Shown here: positions 1-31,899 of the stretch, in pieces
Numbering within the stretch: position 1 is the stretch's first letter
Layout of the letters: the number at the start of each line of letters is the position of its first letter
DNA from: the human T2T-CHM13v2.0 reference genome, Homo sapiens
Strand: one strand, 5' to 3'
DNA length: 64,000 nucleotides
Assembly (NCBI RefSeq): GCF_009914755.1
Contig: NC_060941.1
Notes under the pieces: model-generated
Told to the model about the DNA's origin: nothing
The model's input: only the letters and a program-made list of their open reading frames with translations
Databases searched by the model: none
Made by a program: the position numbers and the translations under genes

Positions 1-503
1 GATATACCACCATTTATTTAACAAATTCACTATATACAACAAATGCTAACTAGTATTAATAATGGCCTCCATGAATTTGAACTAAAGAGCTTCTCTTTGT
101 ATCCCATGAGGTTAGCATTCTGTGCATATGTGATACGTAAATATTATTTAGTGGCTTTTTGTTTTTCTCCTCTATTTTATTTGCCTATCTTTTTGTAGCT
201 TAGAGTTGCATAAGACAAGACAGCTACAAATGTTGTGTGTATGTTTATTTGTAGATGGTCTTCTGTGCTTTTTAAATAAAAGTTTCTAGAATTCCAGATT
301 ATTTCAACTCAACATGATTATGCCAGCCCATAAATATACTCGTGAACCAGCTAGGTCCCAGTAAATCCTTACAGCACCCTGTACATTTTCCAGAGCTCCA
401 GGAAGGGACGAAGATTACTTTTTACTTTATAAACAAGCTTATCTTCTCAAATTATCTTCAGCTTCAGGGAGTACATTTTCTAAACCATAGTCTTGAACCT
501 CAC

Positions 504-20237
<19,734 letters not shown>

Positions 20238-22174
20238 GGCTGCAGGTTATTGATGGCAGTACTGGACTAGGTATACCTAGAGGAAGAAACAGAGCCAAAT
20301 GATGATTCAGGGTTGGGGTGGAGAATTGTTCTGTTGATTTCATATTAATGTGCTTAATTTTCCATGCTTGTTTCCTCACCCCTGCCTTTAGGGACCACTC
20401 CTGTATACTATGTCAAGGAGCTGAGAGATCAGCTCATTGATTTGAAAGCACTATGTTGATAGCTTAATTTTTGTGATACTTTAAGCCTAAGTTCCATCCT
20501 CTATGTTGTAAACCTTAGTTGAGAAATGTGGAGGAATCAACATTCAATCAGCAACATTTGTGATGCTCCAAGCATGTTCAGAATTTTTTCTTTTTCTTGC
20601 TACTTTTCTTTTCTTTCTTATTTCCAACTTCCCCCTCTTAACATCGTGATGATACAAAGAAATGGACAATAACTGTTTCCACTGGCTTTACAATATAAAT
20701 GAACCTGTCTTAAAAACTCAAATACAGATCTTTATGCAAATTTTCCTCTCATCCCAAATTATTAAAATTGGATGTCAGATTTACTAAAATTGAATGTAGA
20801 CAGATACACCTGTTCTTTCAGGACATAAGTCCAGATCTAATCATTACAAATAAACACCTAGTTAACTGACAGGTATTAGGTAAGTAAAGGAAAAAATAAC
20901 TACAATGAAAGCTGAATATCCAACATATAATTTTGCCCTAAGTTAAAATTAAAATCTCCTTTATTAGTTTTGAAATTGTTTGAAAGTCAGAAGTAGTATC
21001 TAAACCAAAAACAACTTTAAAAGATTCTTGGAGAAAAGGAACTTCTTAATTTTTAATAAAATTTTATAGTGATTGTATGTGTTGATCTGTATTTCTCTTT
21101 GTTTTTAGTTGGATTTCAACCTAACATATTTTAAAATCTGATTCTTATTTTCTTAGGTTTATAATCTCGTTCTTTCTTCTCCTCTTTTTAAAAATACCAA
21201 CCAGTCTTCTAAATATTTTTCTGAAATGGATAGCCAGTATAAAGTTTCAAGCCAAAATGAACTTAAAAAATTTTCCCTACTGACAAATTAATTATGAGAA
21301 AATAAAATAAGTCCTGCTGTCCTGATGGCAAGGACAGGGTGAGTGGCCAGAATAAAAGAAGGTGACCTCTGTGGAGCAGAAGTGTCTTGGTTGCCAATGA
21401 CAATGACAGCAATGATGGCGACAACAGCAATAGCCACCACCTTCTGTAGGCTTTCCAGAGTCTTGATCTTTTGTCATCAGCATTAACTTTCCCTCAACTT
21501 AAAATGTTAGCTATGGAATTTCCACATACTCTATTTTCAAAATCAGTCTTATCTGTAAAAGTGTCCTGATGACACTGTGAAACTTAGACATATTTTCAGG
21601 GGATATATATTGGAACATTTAATGTCAGGTTTTTTTTCTTTGAAGAAGAAATGTTATTTATATTACATTATATTTTGTTTCTGTGTTTGTTTTTACACCA
21701 GGCAACTTGAATTAACAACACACTACCACGTGGAGGTTACTATAATGCAGTGTATCCAGGAAACACAGAAAGATGATTGCTACCCTTCCCATCTCCTGTC
21801 TTATTATAGATTAATTGTTTCCCAACTTGGGGATCAAGCCCCCATAGAGCCTCAGGTTGTTGCAGGGGGTTCTTGAATCCACCCACACAGTGATCATTGC
21901 CTCAAGTTTAAGGAAGGAACATTTCCACATGAACAGTGTTTTCTGTTCTTTTCTAAATGAATATAGCTGCTATGTTAAATATAAACTCATTTAAAATAAT
22001 TCTTAAGTGTAGAATAGGTTTTCATGATTATATATATCCTTAACATCATACTAAAAGTACATGTCTCCACATGAACAATTAGCAGGATTCCATTAGTTTT
22101 GATTCTCCATTAGCAGGGTTCCATTAAATGTTTTGATTCTGTGGAGGAGTCCTTGAAAACCACTGACGTCAATC

Positions 22175-22335
22175 ACAGTTGGCAAGAGCTGGAAGGACCT
22201 TAGCAGTCAATAGAATCCAGCCTCCTCGTTTACTGATGAGGAAACTAAGGCCTAGAAAGGTTCAGGGTCATTCAGTGTCATAGTGGTGGGTGATAAGTGG
22301 CGGTACTGGGACATGAGTCCTGTTCCGCTAAATGC
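22175..22335 (-). mobile_element. MIR SINE fragment
   Basis: gagctggaaggaccttag...actgatgaggaaactaaggcctagaaagg. Confidence 0.6.
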
Positions 22336-22776
22336 AGTTTTGTTAATTCCACTTGCAACACACTGTATTTCAAGATACATAAAGGCTAACTGGCTTGACC
22401 CAGGCAAATAGAATCAGTGAAAAGCCTGGATTGGCACCTAGAAATATCGACTTCCAGATAAACACACCTTGATTTTATCATGCGGTCTCTCTGATATATC
22501 TTTATGGGTTAAGTTGGAGTAGTAGTTCACATTAAATATTACATATGATGGCTGCATTCTTTCTGTAGTTCTAACAACATGTGAAAGAGATTCATTAAGT
22601 TTTGTTTGATTAAGTGGCCTGAAAAGTCAAAATTTTATGAGAAGGCATTTTTAAAGAACAGCTGCCCCGATATCCTATTCCCAATACTAAACTAGGAAAT
22701 AAAATGGTAGCTCATTAAGATGTAGCAATATAGAGATTCCTTTGTTCTTTAGAGTGTAATAATAAATTATTCTTAC

Positions 22777-22825
22777 CTCTTGTATTATCAGATGAAGAAG
22801 GTGGCAGGCTCAAAGCAGACAACTA
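22777..22825 (-). other. MYH4: MYH4 non-coding exon 2 (49 nt)
   Basis: Pyrimidine tract plus CAG acceptor (CAGTAG tandem), donor GAG|GTAAGA. Confidence 0.8.
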
Positions 22826-23025
22826 CTGTTGAAAGAAAAAAGAGAATGTGGGATGCTTTTTTTTCCCCATTTAATCACAAAATACTAGTAACTATATTGT
22901 CTACAATGTCGTCCTTAAGAATGTTGGAAAGAATAATTAAAATTTGGGAAGCAGTAGACATCCCTTAAATGAAAAATCATCATCATCAGGAATGTAAAAG
23001 TAAGTGTTCTTCCACATATACATAC

Positions 23026-23048
23026 CTTCAAGAATTTTGAGGAAGGAT
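23026..23048 (-). other. MYH4: MYH4 non-coding exon 1 (TSS approximate)
   Basis: Starts ~25-30 nt downstream of TATAAAAG; donor AAG|GTATGT. Confidence 0.75.
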
Positions 23049-23071
23049 GGGAAAGAGGCATCTCAGCTCCA

Positions 23072-23235
23072 CTTTTATAGAGACCATTCTGCAAACACAG
23101 CAGCCACCTCAGCTGTCCTAGCTGGGAACCTACTTGGCAAAACCGTTTTTGGCAATCTCTTTGCACAATATTCACTGACTGTGGCTGTGAATGGATATAA
23201 TTAGAAATATTTCTTGACACCCATAAATAATTTAA
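23072..23235 (-). promoter_or_regulatory. MYH4: MYH4 proximal promoter: TATA, E-box, CArG-like, AT-rich/MEF2-like sites
   Basis: TATAAAAG 23072-23079; CAGCTG 23110-23115; CCAAAAACGG 23143-23152; TTGGCA NFI half-sites 23134 and 23149; AT palindrome 23203-23214; CCATAAATAA 23221-23230. Confidence 0.85.
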
Positions 23236-25539
23236 CAGAGGATGATCTAGGGTTCTTTATAGGCATTTGATAGGGGATGGGGATTCAGGGCTTCTAACAC
23301 TGTTTCTCCAGTTTGGCTGTTGCATCATTCATCACAGAATTCAAAGCCAGATTCCCACTTACTCCTCTGCCTATAAAATTGGTCCAACAGAATGAGTCTG
23401 ATGTGAGGAATTTAGGATTAATTAATTTGTTGGTTCTTAGAGCCATTAAGGAGTCTGGAATGAATTTTAGACCTGACACTATGATTGGAAGCAGTGAGCG
23501 ATGGATTTTAAGACAACATTCCTAGCCACAGTCTGGATTTTAGAAAGACTGGCGATAGATTCTTTTAAAGTCTGAAAGTCTAAATATGAAGGTGAAAGTG
23601 AATTCTCAGATTAGGCAGTGGTGATGGACCACTGGGGGAGGCATAAGGGATTTAGAATAGATATAAACACTTCTGTTCTTTTTCTGGAGGACTTTCCATG
23701 GATATCTCCAGCTTGTATGTTTTCACTGAAGGAACAACAGGATGCTGTGTGATGTTCCATGCATGTTTCCTCTGCATAATGGAAGGAGACACAAACATGC
23801 ATTCCTAGTTCATGGGCAGACTCTCATGACTAGCTATAGCTCTAATGAGGTGGGAACCGCATATTTTTATTTAAGGTGGGAGGAAAGTCATGGTATCCAC
23901 GATATTCTCCCTGTGGATTGAAAAGATGGATGGGCCATCACATATGCCCATAATACTCATAAATTGGCTTTTGATGGTTTTGCTACATACACAGCTGTTA
24001 CTGAATATGGCAGGAAATATACCTACTCTAAGTGTGACCCTAACTGAGCTCTGGTGAGATATTTTCAACTATCATTAGCTGGCTTAAATTACCAATTAAT
24101 GAGATCACTGTTTTTATAATTCTGTTGACTTAGAATTTATCTTTGACACATTGATAGATTGAATCTTTTATACTTTAAAAATTTATTTTGATAAAATTCT
24201 ATGAAATAGGTCATCAGGCGTTAAAAACAAAATCTCCATGAAAATAACTCACCGAAGTCTAGCGACTTACCCAAAGTGCTAGGCTCTAGGCCAGAAGGAA
24301 ACTTGTTCTATTTTTTCTCTCAGATTTTCACAACTCATTTATTTTTACTTCTTTTGGAACTTAACATCTGACTTGCAGACATAATAAGTATGTATTATAT
24401 TTACTGTATTTGAAGTTGAAAGATGAAAGAAGAAAATATGAATGAGACCAAGATACATAGGATAAGTTATAGGATTACAGATAGTGAGGACTCTTTACAT
24501 AATAGTTAAAACTCTGATCAATTACAGATAGACTGATCACTCAGATTTTGAAAGCTCTGAAACAAGACCATAATATTCTAGTGGGACCCCTATTATGGGC
24601 CACCAGGAGTGGATCAGAGAACCTTGCAGAGCTTGGACAAGGAGAGAAGAGAAGCAGCACTGGGTGAGGGAGTACACATTTCCCTTAGACTTGCCTCTTA
24701 AAGGATTGTCTACATAGAAAACACAGGAGATTAATGCAAAGGCTTTTGTATTTGTATGGTTCTTTGTGATTAGATATGAGTGGGAAGAATGGCTCCAATC
24801 TAAATAAGGAGAATTATTTTGGAAACTGTCTTTAAGCAGTCTGTGTAAAAGCTGCTCGCTCTCTACTTTCCTCAGATTAGGAAATATTATAGGCTTCTAT
24901 AACCTTGCATTTCCTTATCTATTAAAAACATAAATGTGGTGAAAATCAAATACTGCCTTCACCTTACGGGGTTGTATGAATTAAATTAGATTTTATATAT
25001 ATAGGTATCAGAAATTATATTATTATATCACATATGGGAGATTATATATACTTTATTATATGCAATCTTATGTAATTCATACATGCACGTATGTAAACTG
25101 CTTAGGATAGTGTCACCAGGGGCAGCTGAAGCAAACATTTCTTCACTAGAGATGAAGGTCACAATGGCTTGCTGGTATTTCTCCCAAATATACCCAGGGA
25201 GTTAAAGTGGTAGTAAAGAGCTGAAGACAGATGGTAGATAGGAAATGTCTAATGAACAAGATTATTTTTTTTCTTTTAAAAATTTTGTTTAAAAATACAG
25301 TTGGGACCTAGGTTGGAGATGTTCATGTCTTAGCTTCTATAGTGTCCAGTGTGGCAGCATGACATTAATTAAAAAAACCCTTAAGATTCAGCAAGTCAGA
25401 CTGGTGTTTGTCTTCTTTTAAATTTCTCTGAGACTCCAAAGGGCCATCACTACTGAAAAGAGGTTGTATAGTCACTTTCAAGTCAACTACTTTTATTACA
25501 TTCTACATAGTTATATTTCATCATGTGGGTAGGTCATTG

Positions 25540-27830
25540 ACTCACTTGTTTGCTCAATACATACTTACAGAGTGTCCGCTATGTGTCAGCTGTTGTTATA
25601 GCACAGGGGATAATGCAAAAAACTGGCAAAGCCCTGCCCTTATGGCAATTTCAGTCAGCAGGGGTGGATATACATAAACAAATAAACAAGTAAATATGTA
25701 GTATGTCAGATGGTATTAACTACTATAAAAGGAACAATAAAGCAGAGTAAGGAGTAAAGGGAATACTGCACCAAGGGGAGTGACCTGGATGGGCTTCTGT
25801 ATTAAGGTGTCATTTGAGTAGAAGTTTGAGAGAAGTGAAGGAGCAGGCCATATGAATATCTGGAAGAAGAATTTTCAGACAGAGGGAGCACAAAGTACCA
25901 AGTCTCTAAAGTAGGAGTATGCCTAAAGTGTCTAATTTGTGATAACACGTATGAACCTTGAGAATATTATACTAGTGAAATAAGCCAGGCACAGAAAGAC
26001 ACATACAACATGATTTCACCTATAAGTAGAATCTGAAGTTGAATTCACGGAAGCAGAATAGAATAGTGATTACCAGGGATTGAGGGTTGGGAGAAGGAAT
26101 TAGATGTTGATTAAACGATATACAATTTCAGTTAGGAGGAATAAGTTCAAGAGATCTATTGTACTGCATCATAACTATAATTAATAACAATGTATTGTAT
26201 ACTTGAAAATTGGTAAGAAAGTTGATTTTAAGTGTTATCACCACAACAAATAAGTATGTGAGGTAATGCATATGTTAATTAGTTGAATTAAGCTATTCCA
26301 GAATGTATACTTATTTTAAAACATCATGTTGTACACCATGATATGTGTAAATATATATAATTTTTATTTGTCAATTTAAAAAAGCAGCAAGAAAACCTGT
26401 AACAGGAGCAAAATGGGCAAAGAGGAGAGTGGCAGGAGATGAGTTAGGAAGGGTCAGGTAATGTAGGTCCTTATGGGACTATAGGGACTTTTTGGCTTTT
26501 AATCTGAGTAATATGGGAAGCCAGTGAGAATTTTAGGAAGAGAAGCAATAAAATCTGACAGAATGTAAAAATCACTCTGCTTTCTATGTTGAGTGTAGAC
26601 TGCAGGCATCAAGGGTAGGCCAACAGTGGGCAGCAGGGCCAAGGATAGATAGGCATTGCCACAATGCAGATGGAATAGAGTAATGGCTTGGACTGTGTCC
26701 TAGTGACTATAGCTGCATAACAAATTACCCGAAATATGGTGGATTAAAACAGCCATTTTAGAAGGCACATGCATTCTGTGGGTCAATAATTTGGAAAGGA
26801 CACAGTGTTCTCTCTGTTCTCCAATATCTGGGGCCCCTAAGATCCCAAATCCTGGGGGTGATTCAACACCTAGGGACAAGTACTTATAATAATGATTAGA
26901 GAAAAAAAGGATTGTTGAGAAGGATAACAAATAAATGAAGTGGTATCTGGAGGCAGACATGGGGTCAAGATAGGAAAAACTAAGCATATTGTTAAAAGAT
27001 GGGCAAGATTAAATATATTTGTGTTGGGGAGAAAAATTCTGTGAGTTAAACAAATTGATAATGCAAAAGATGGAGGGGCTAGAATCCAGAGGCTAAATGG
27101 AAGGGTTGGACTCTGATGGGAACAGGAACACTTTGTGTATTAGGAAAGAAGACTGAGAGTGAAGGCAAGTTTTAGCTTAGTAGATTTGATGCTGAAAAGA
27201 TGAGGGAGTTGGTACTTATGGGACAGTAGGGACTTTGGCTTTTAATCTGAGTGATATGGGAAGCCATTGAGAATTTTAGGAAGGAATTCTGCTTGCTTCT
27301 GTTTTCTCAGTGACGTACGCAGCAAAGTCATTGACTGAGTGGAAGGCAGGGGAGGAGATGTAGTGGGTATATAGAGAGAAGATGTGAAGTGTTCATTTTG
27401 GAGAGTGAAAGGTATACTACATGTCCCCAGAGTACTGAGAGATAATCATGAAATTAAAGTGAGACCTGTTTAGCAAAGTTACATGCTTTTTTCCCACAAC
27501 TTTGTTTGCTTGGATGTGTCCACAGAAAAGATGAATATTTGGGTTTAACCAAGGTAAGAGTTTATCGGGTAAGTGCAATAGAGGGAGAGATGGGCAAGGG
27601 AGCTAAGAATCTTTTCAAGTGTGTAATTGTAATAATGTTCCATAAAATTTAAGCTTGAATAAGGAAGGAAGTGAGAATATGAGGGGACACACCAGAACAA
27701 TGAAAAAGTGGAGGGGCATCAATGGATAGAAGGTCTTGATGATATCAAAGAAATTGTAGGGATGAAAATCTGGAGTAGGTGAGCTGGAAGAACAGAAGGT
27801 ATTGGATAGAGATTGATTGTAATAAATCCC
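25540..27830 (-). mobile_element. Degraded L2 LINE, interrupted by L1 and MLT1-like pieces
   Basis: Reverse of L2 3' end (ctcaatacatacttacagagtgtccgctatgtgtcag) followed by purine-rich L2-like body; ends approximate. Confidence 0.6.
25948..26385 (+). mobile_element. L1M(A)-type 3'-end fragment
   Basis: atgaaccttgagaatattatactagtgaaataagccaggcacagaaagac...ttatttgtcaatttaaaaaa. Confidence 0.8.
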
Positions 27831-27849
27831 AATTGGTTGAGATGTGTAA

Positions 27850-28190
27850 CTCTTTTTATACACTGTTGGATTTGATTTGCTAAGATTTTGTTGAGGATTT
27901 TTGCATCTATGTTTATGAGAGATATTGGTGTGTATTTTTTCTTTCTTATAACATCTTTATTTGGTTTTGGTATGGGTCATGCTGGCCTCAAAGAATGAGT
28001 CAGAAAATATTTTCTCTGCTTTTATGTTCCTGAAATTACTGTGGATAATTAGTATTATTTCTTCCTTAAATGTTTCGTGGAATTCGCCAGTGAAACCATC
28101 TGAGCTTGGTGCTTTTTTAGGGAATTCTTGATTCAACTTCTGCAATAGATATAGTCCTATTTAGATTATCTGCTTCTCCTTATGCAAGTT
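27850..28190 (-). mobile_element. L1M ORF2 fragment
   Basis: Minus translation KKAPSSDGFTGEFHETFKEEIILI resembles L1 ORF2 PGPDGFTAEFYQ. Confidence 0.8.
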
Positions 28191-28365
28191 TGTGCAGAGG
28201 CTGAATAGTATGATTGAAATTGAGGTTTTGGAGAAGGTACACACATAGTGATGATGATTAAGTCAAGGATGACTATGTGCTGAATCTAAACTCTGGGGAG
28301 TCCCAGAGGCCGTTTTCTATACATGCAAACACATTTTTGTGCACACATATATAGTGTATATATTT

Positions 28366-28460
28366 ATACAAATGGGATTGTATTATACGGATGGTGTTTA
28401 TACAAATGGGATTGTGTTATACAAGTGGGATTGTATTATACAAATGGGATTGTATTACAC
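28366..28460. repeat. 19-bp tandem repeat atacaaatgggattgtatt (~4 copies, interrupted)
   Basis: Direct inspection. Confidence 0.85.
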
Positions 28461-29011
28461 GGATTTTTTTTTCATTATACTGTATTTTGAGCTTCTTTCC
28501 ATGTTAGTATTCACTCGTTCAATTGGTATTTATTGAGCAGATATACAATGGTTTAAAAACCAAAGTGCTTGCTCTGATAGAACTTACATTTTGATGGGGG
28601 TGGTAGTGGAGACAATATGCTCATAAAAATACTTAAAGAAGAATTTCATATTCCAAGTGCTAGACCATGGAAGGTATAAATTAGAGTAACGAGATAGAGA
28701 TTGATGTGGGGAGAGGACCACAAGAGGTAGGCTTCTTTCAGCTGTGACTTGAATAATGTGAAATAATTAGCCATGCAAAAATCTAAATGAAGAGCATTCC
28801 AGGTAGGGAAAATTTGGGGGAAGTGAGTGAGAAAAAAATAGCTCCGTATTTTGAATGCCTACTACAAACCGTGTGTGTATTCTAAACATTTGATATACAT
28901 TGCTTCATGTTATCCTCACACAAACCCGAAGAGTAGAAAGTACTATTATTACCATATACTGAAAAGGAATTGAGCCACAGTCTGAGTAAGTAAATTGCCC
29001 AGGCCACATAA

Positions 29012-29450
<439 letters not shown>

Positions 29451-30889
29451 CTTTGCCTATCCTTTTACTGTATGGCCTCTAAGGGCCCTTCCAACTCAAA
29501 GATTCTATATTTATCTAATGTGGTATTTTATTGACACAGTAAAGGCAATGCCAGAAGTAAAAAGCTAACAGGATAATAAGTGAGGGACCTCCTGTAAAAT
29601 GACTTACACTTTATGAAAACCTACATGTATGGGAACTTCATGTGATGTTATGGTATCCAGTTGTTGAACATACCATAATTCTTATCCACCAGAAGCAGAC
29701 ATATTCAAAACCAGGATGCCACAAATAAATTAAAATCATGACACATAGAAATATGGAAATTACATGACTCTGAAAGATAGAAACGTATAGAGACTTATGT
29801 TTTCTTTACTACAGGATATAAGTAGAGACTTGAACCTGTTTTTCAAAAATTCTATCTTGGTGACATATTCATCATTTGGCCCCAATACACGAAACAGTTT
29901 TGCTCACTCACCACTTACCCCTCCTGGCTGTCTACACCTTTCCTCTTACTTCTTCCATTGTATGAATAGAGAAGTGTAAATGTGATGTTATAATAACTCA
30001 GAGGCACACATTTTCTTGGGCAAGCAAGTCTCAGTGGGAAAAAAATTGGAGAGATAGAATCTTTCAACTCTTTCTAGTTATTCTGTGTTATTATTTAGGA
30101 CCTGGATTCCCAAGGGTCGATACTTATTTGTGTGGCTTACTCTTATTTTCCTTCCTTGTTGTTATCTGACATTTCTACCCTAAGGTATGAAAAATCATAT
30201 GCTAGCTCCACTGCTCAGGCAACATTAATACTTACTATTTGAGAATCTGATTTTCCAAGTATTGATGAACAGTAGTACAAATAAATCAGTGGACAAATTT
30301 AATTATATCTTCGATTTCCTTAAATTCTCACCTCTTCCTCAGTTCCAGTTAGAGAGCAAGACTTGCTTAGGCATCTTGCTCCAGGAGGTAGACTTTTATG
30401 TTAAAAGTCATGCTTCCTTTCAAGAATTTTATTTGTGTTCAAGTTTTGGGTATGGCGCTAAGATACCTTTAATCAAGAAAAGAAGTACCGGGAAGTCACT
30501 GCTGTTCCTGCCAACAGCTAGCATCTCCTGTAGAGTTGGCATTAGAGATAGGAAGAGAATACACTCTGTTTCCAAGTTGTGGGATAGCAATGAAAGATAA
30601 CTGTAAAAAGATAAGAGGCAGTTATGTTGGGAAAATGGATTAAATGTTTTCTTTTTCATGTACTAGTTGTTTGTGAGTACTTTGGATTTTTATAAATTTT
30701 ACTGGGTAAACAGTAGCCTGTTGATTTTGACAGTGTTGAAACTAAGAGAAAAGATTGAAAAAAATAATTGTTTCTTAAACATAGGTTGTAGCTGGGGAAA
30801 ATGCAGAAGTAAAATGTGGATAAATACAGATATTTTTCTTTGAACAAGTAAAATGAATGTATCAATCTGAAATCTGGATTTGCCTTGAG

Positions 30890-31655
30890 TAACAGGAGAA
30901 ATAAGACAGGATGCAATAATTGAAGAGGAGAGGCAAGTCAGGATGCAATAACTGAAGGTAAAAGATAAGACAGGATGGAATAACTGAACAGGAGGGATAA
31001 GACAGGATATAATAATTGAATGGGAGAGATAAGACAAGATACAGGGATTGGAGAGGAGAGAGAAGAAAGGATGTGATAAATGAAAAAGACAAGACAGGAT
31101 GTAATAAATGAGAGGGAGAGATCAGACAGGTACAACAAATGAGAGAGAAAGAGAGAGAAGACAGGATGCAATAAATGGATATGAGAGGTGAGACAGGATG
31201 CAGTACATGAGCAGGTGAGATAAGACAGGTTACAAAAATGAGTGGAAGAGACAAGATGGAATAACTCAATGCGAAAGGTAACATGACACAATAAATGAAA
31301 AAGAGAGATAAGACAGGATACAGTAAGTGAACTGGAGTGATAAGACAGGATGCATGTAGTAAATGAGCAGGAAAGATAAGACAGGATGAAATAACTAAAT
31401 AGGAAAGATAAGACAAGCAGGAGTAACTGGTCAGAAGAGATAAGACAGGATGCAGTAAGTGAAATGGAAAGATAAGATAGGATGCAATAAAAGGGCAGGA
31501 GAAATAAGAAAGAGTGGAATATCTGGATTGGAAAGTTAAGACAGGATGCAATAACTAAGCAGGAGACATAAGACTGGATGCAATAACTGAACAGGACAGA
31601 TAATCAGGATGGAGTAAATCAATAGGAGATGTAAGATAGGAAGTAATAACTGAAA
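30890..31655. repeat. Degenerate 32-bp minisatellite, ~24 copies, consensus ATAAGACAGGATGCAATAAMTGAACAGGAGAG
   Basis: Units split by hand; explains the LLHPVLS-repeat ORF 30862..31551. Confidence 0.9.
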
Positions 31656-31899
31656 GGGGGAAAATATTAGCTTATTACAGACAGATTCTCCTTCCTACTA
31701 GGGAATGCTTTCTGAAGCTGGTAACATTGAAGGATGAGTAGGGTGGACTTGCAAAGAGGAGGAAAAAGCATTACAACAGGAGAAAGAAGAATATGACTGT
31801 GATATTAAAATATGGGAAAGGCAGCACTTCAGTCTACCTGGGTATCATAGAATTTATAAAAGTGAATACTTTGATGCCTACAGAAAGCATGAAAGTTGG

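Noticed and set aside
21620-21862. TCAGGTT MEF3/Six-like motifs in MYH4 intron 2
   Set aside because: Partial matches only; expected by chance without conservation data.
30862-31551. 229-aa minus-strand ORF and a repeat/linker pattern that looks superficially CRISPR-like
   Set aside because: The ORF is a by-product of the pyrimidine-rich minisatellite strand. Linkers are short and mutually homologous, with no unique spacers or cas genes, in a mammalian locus.
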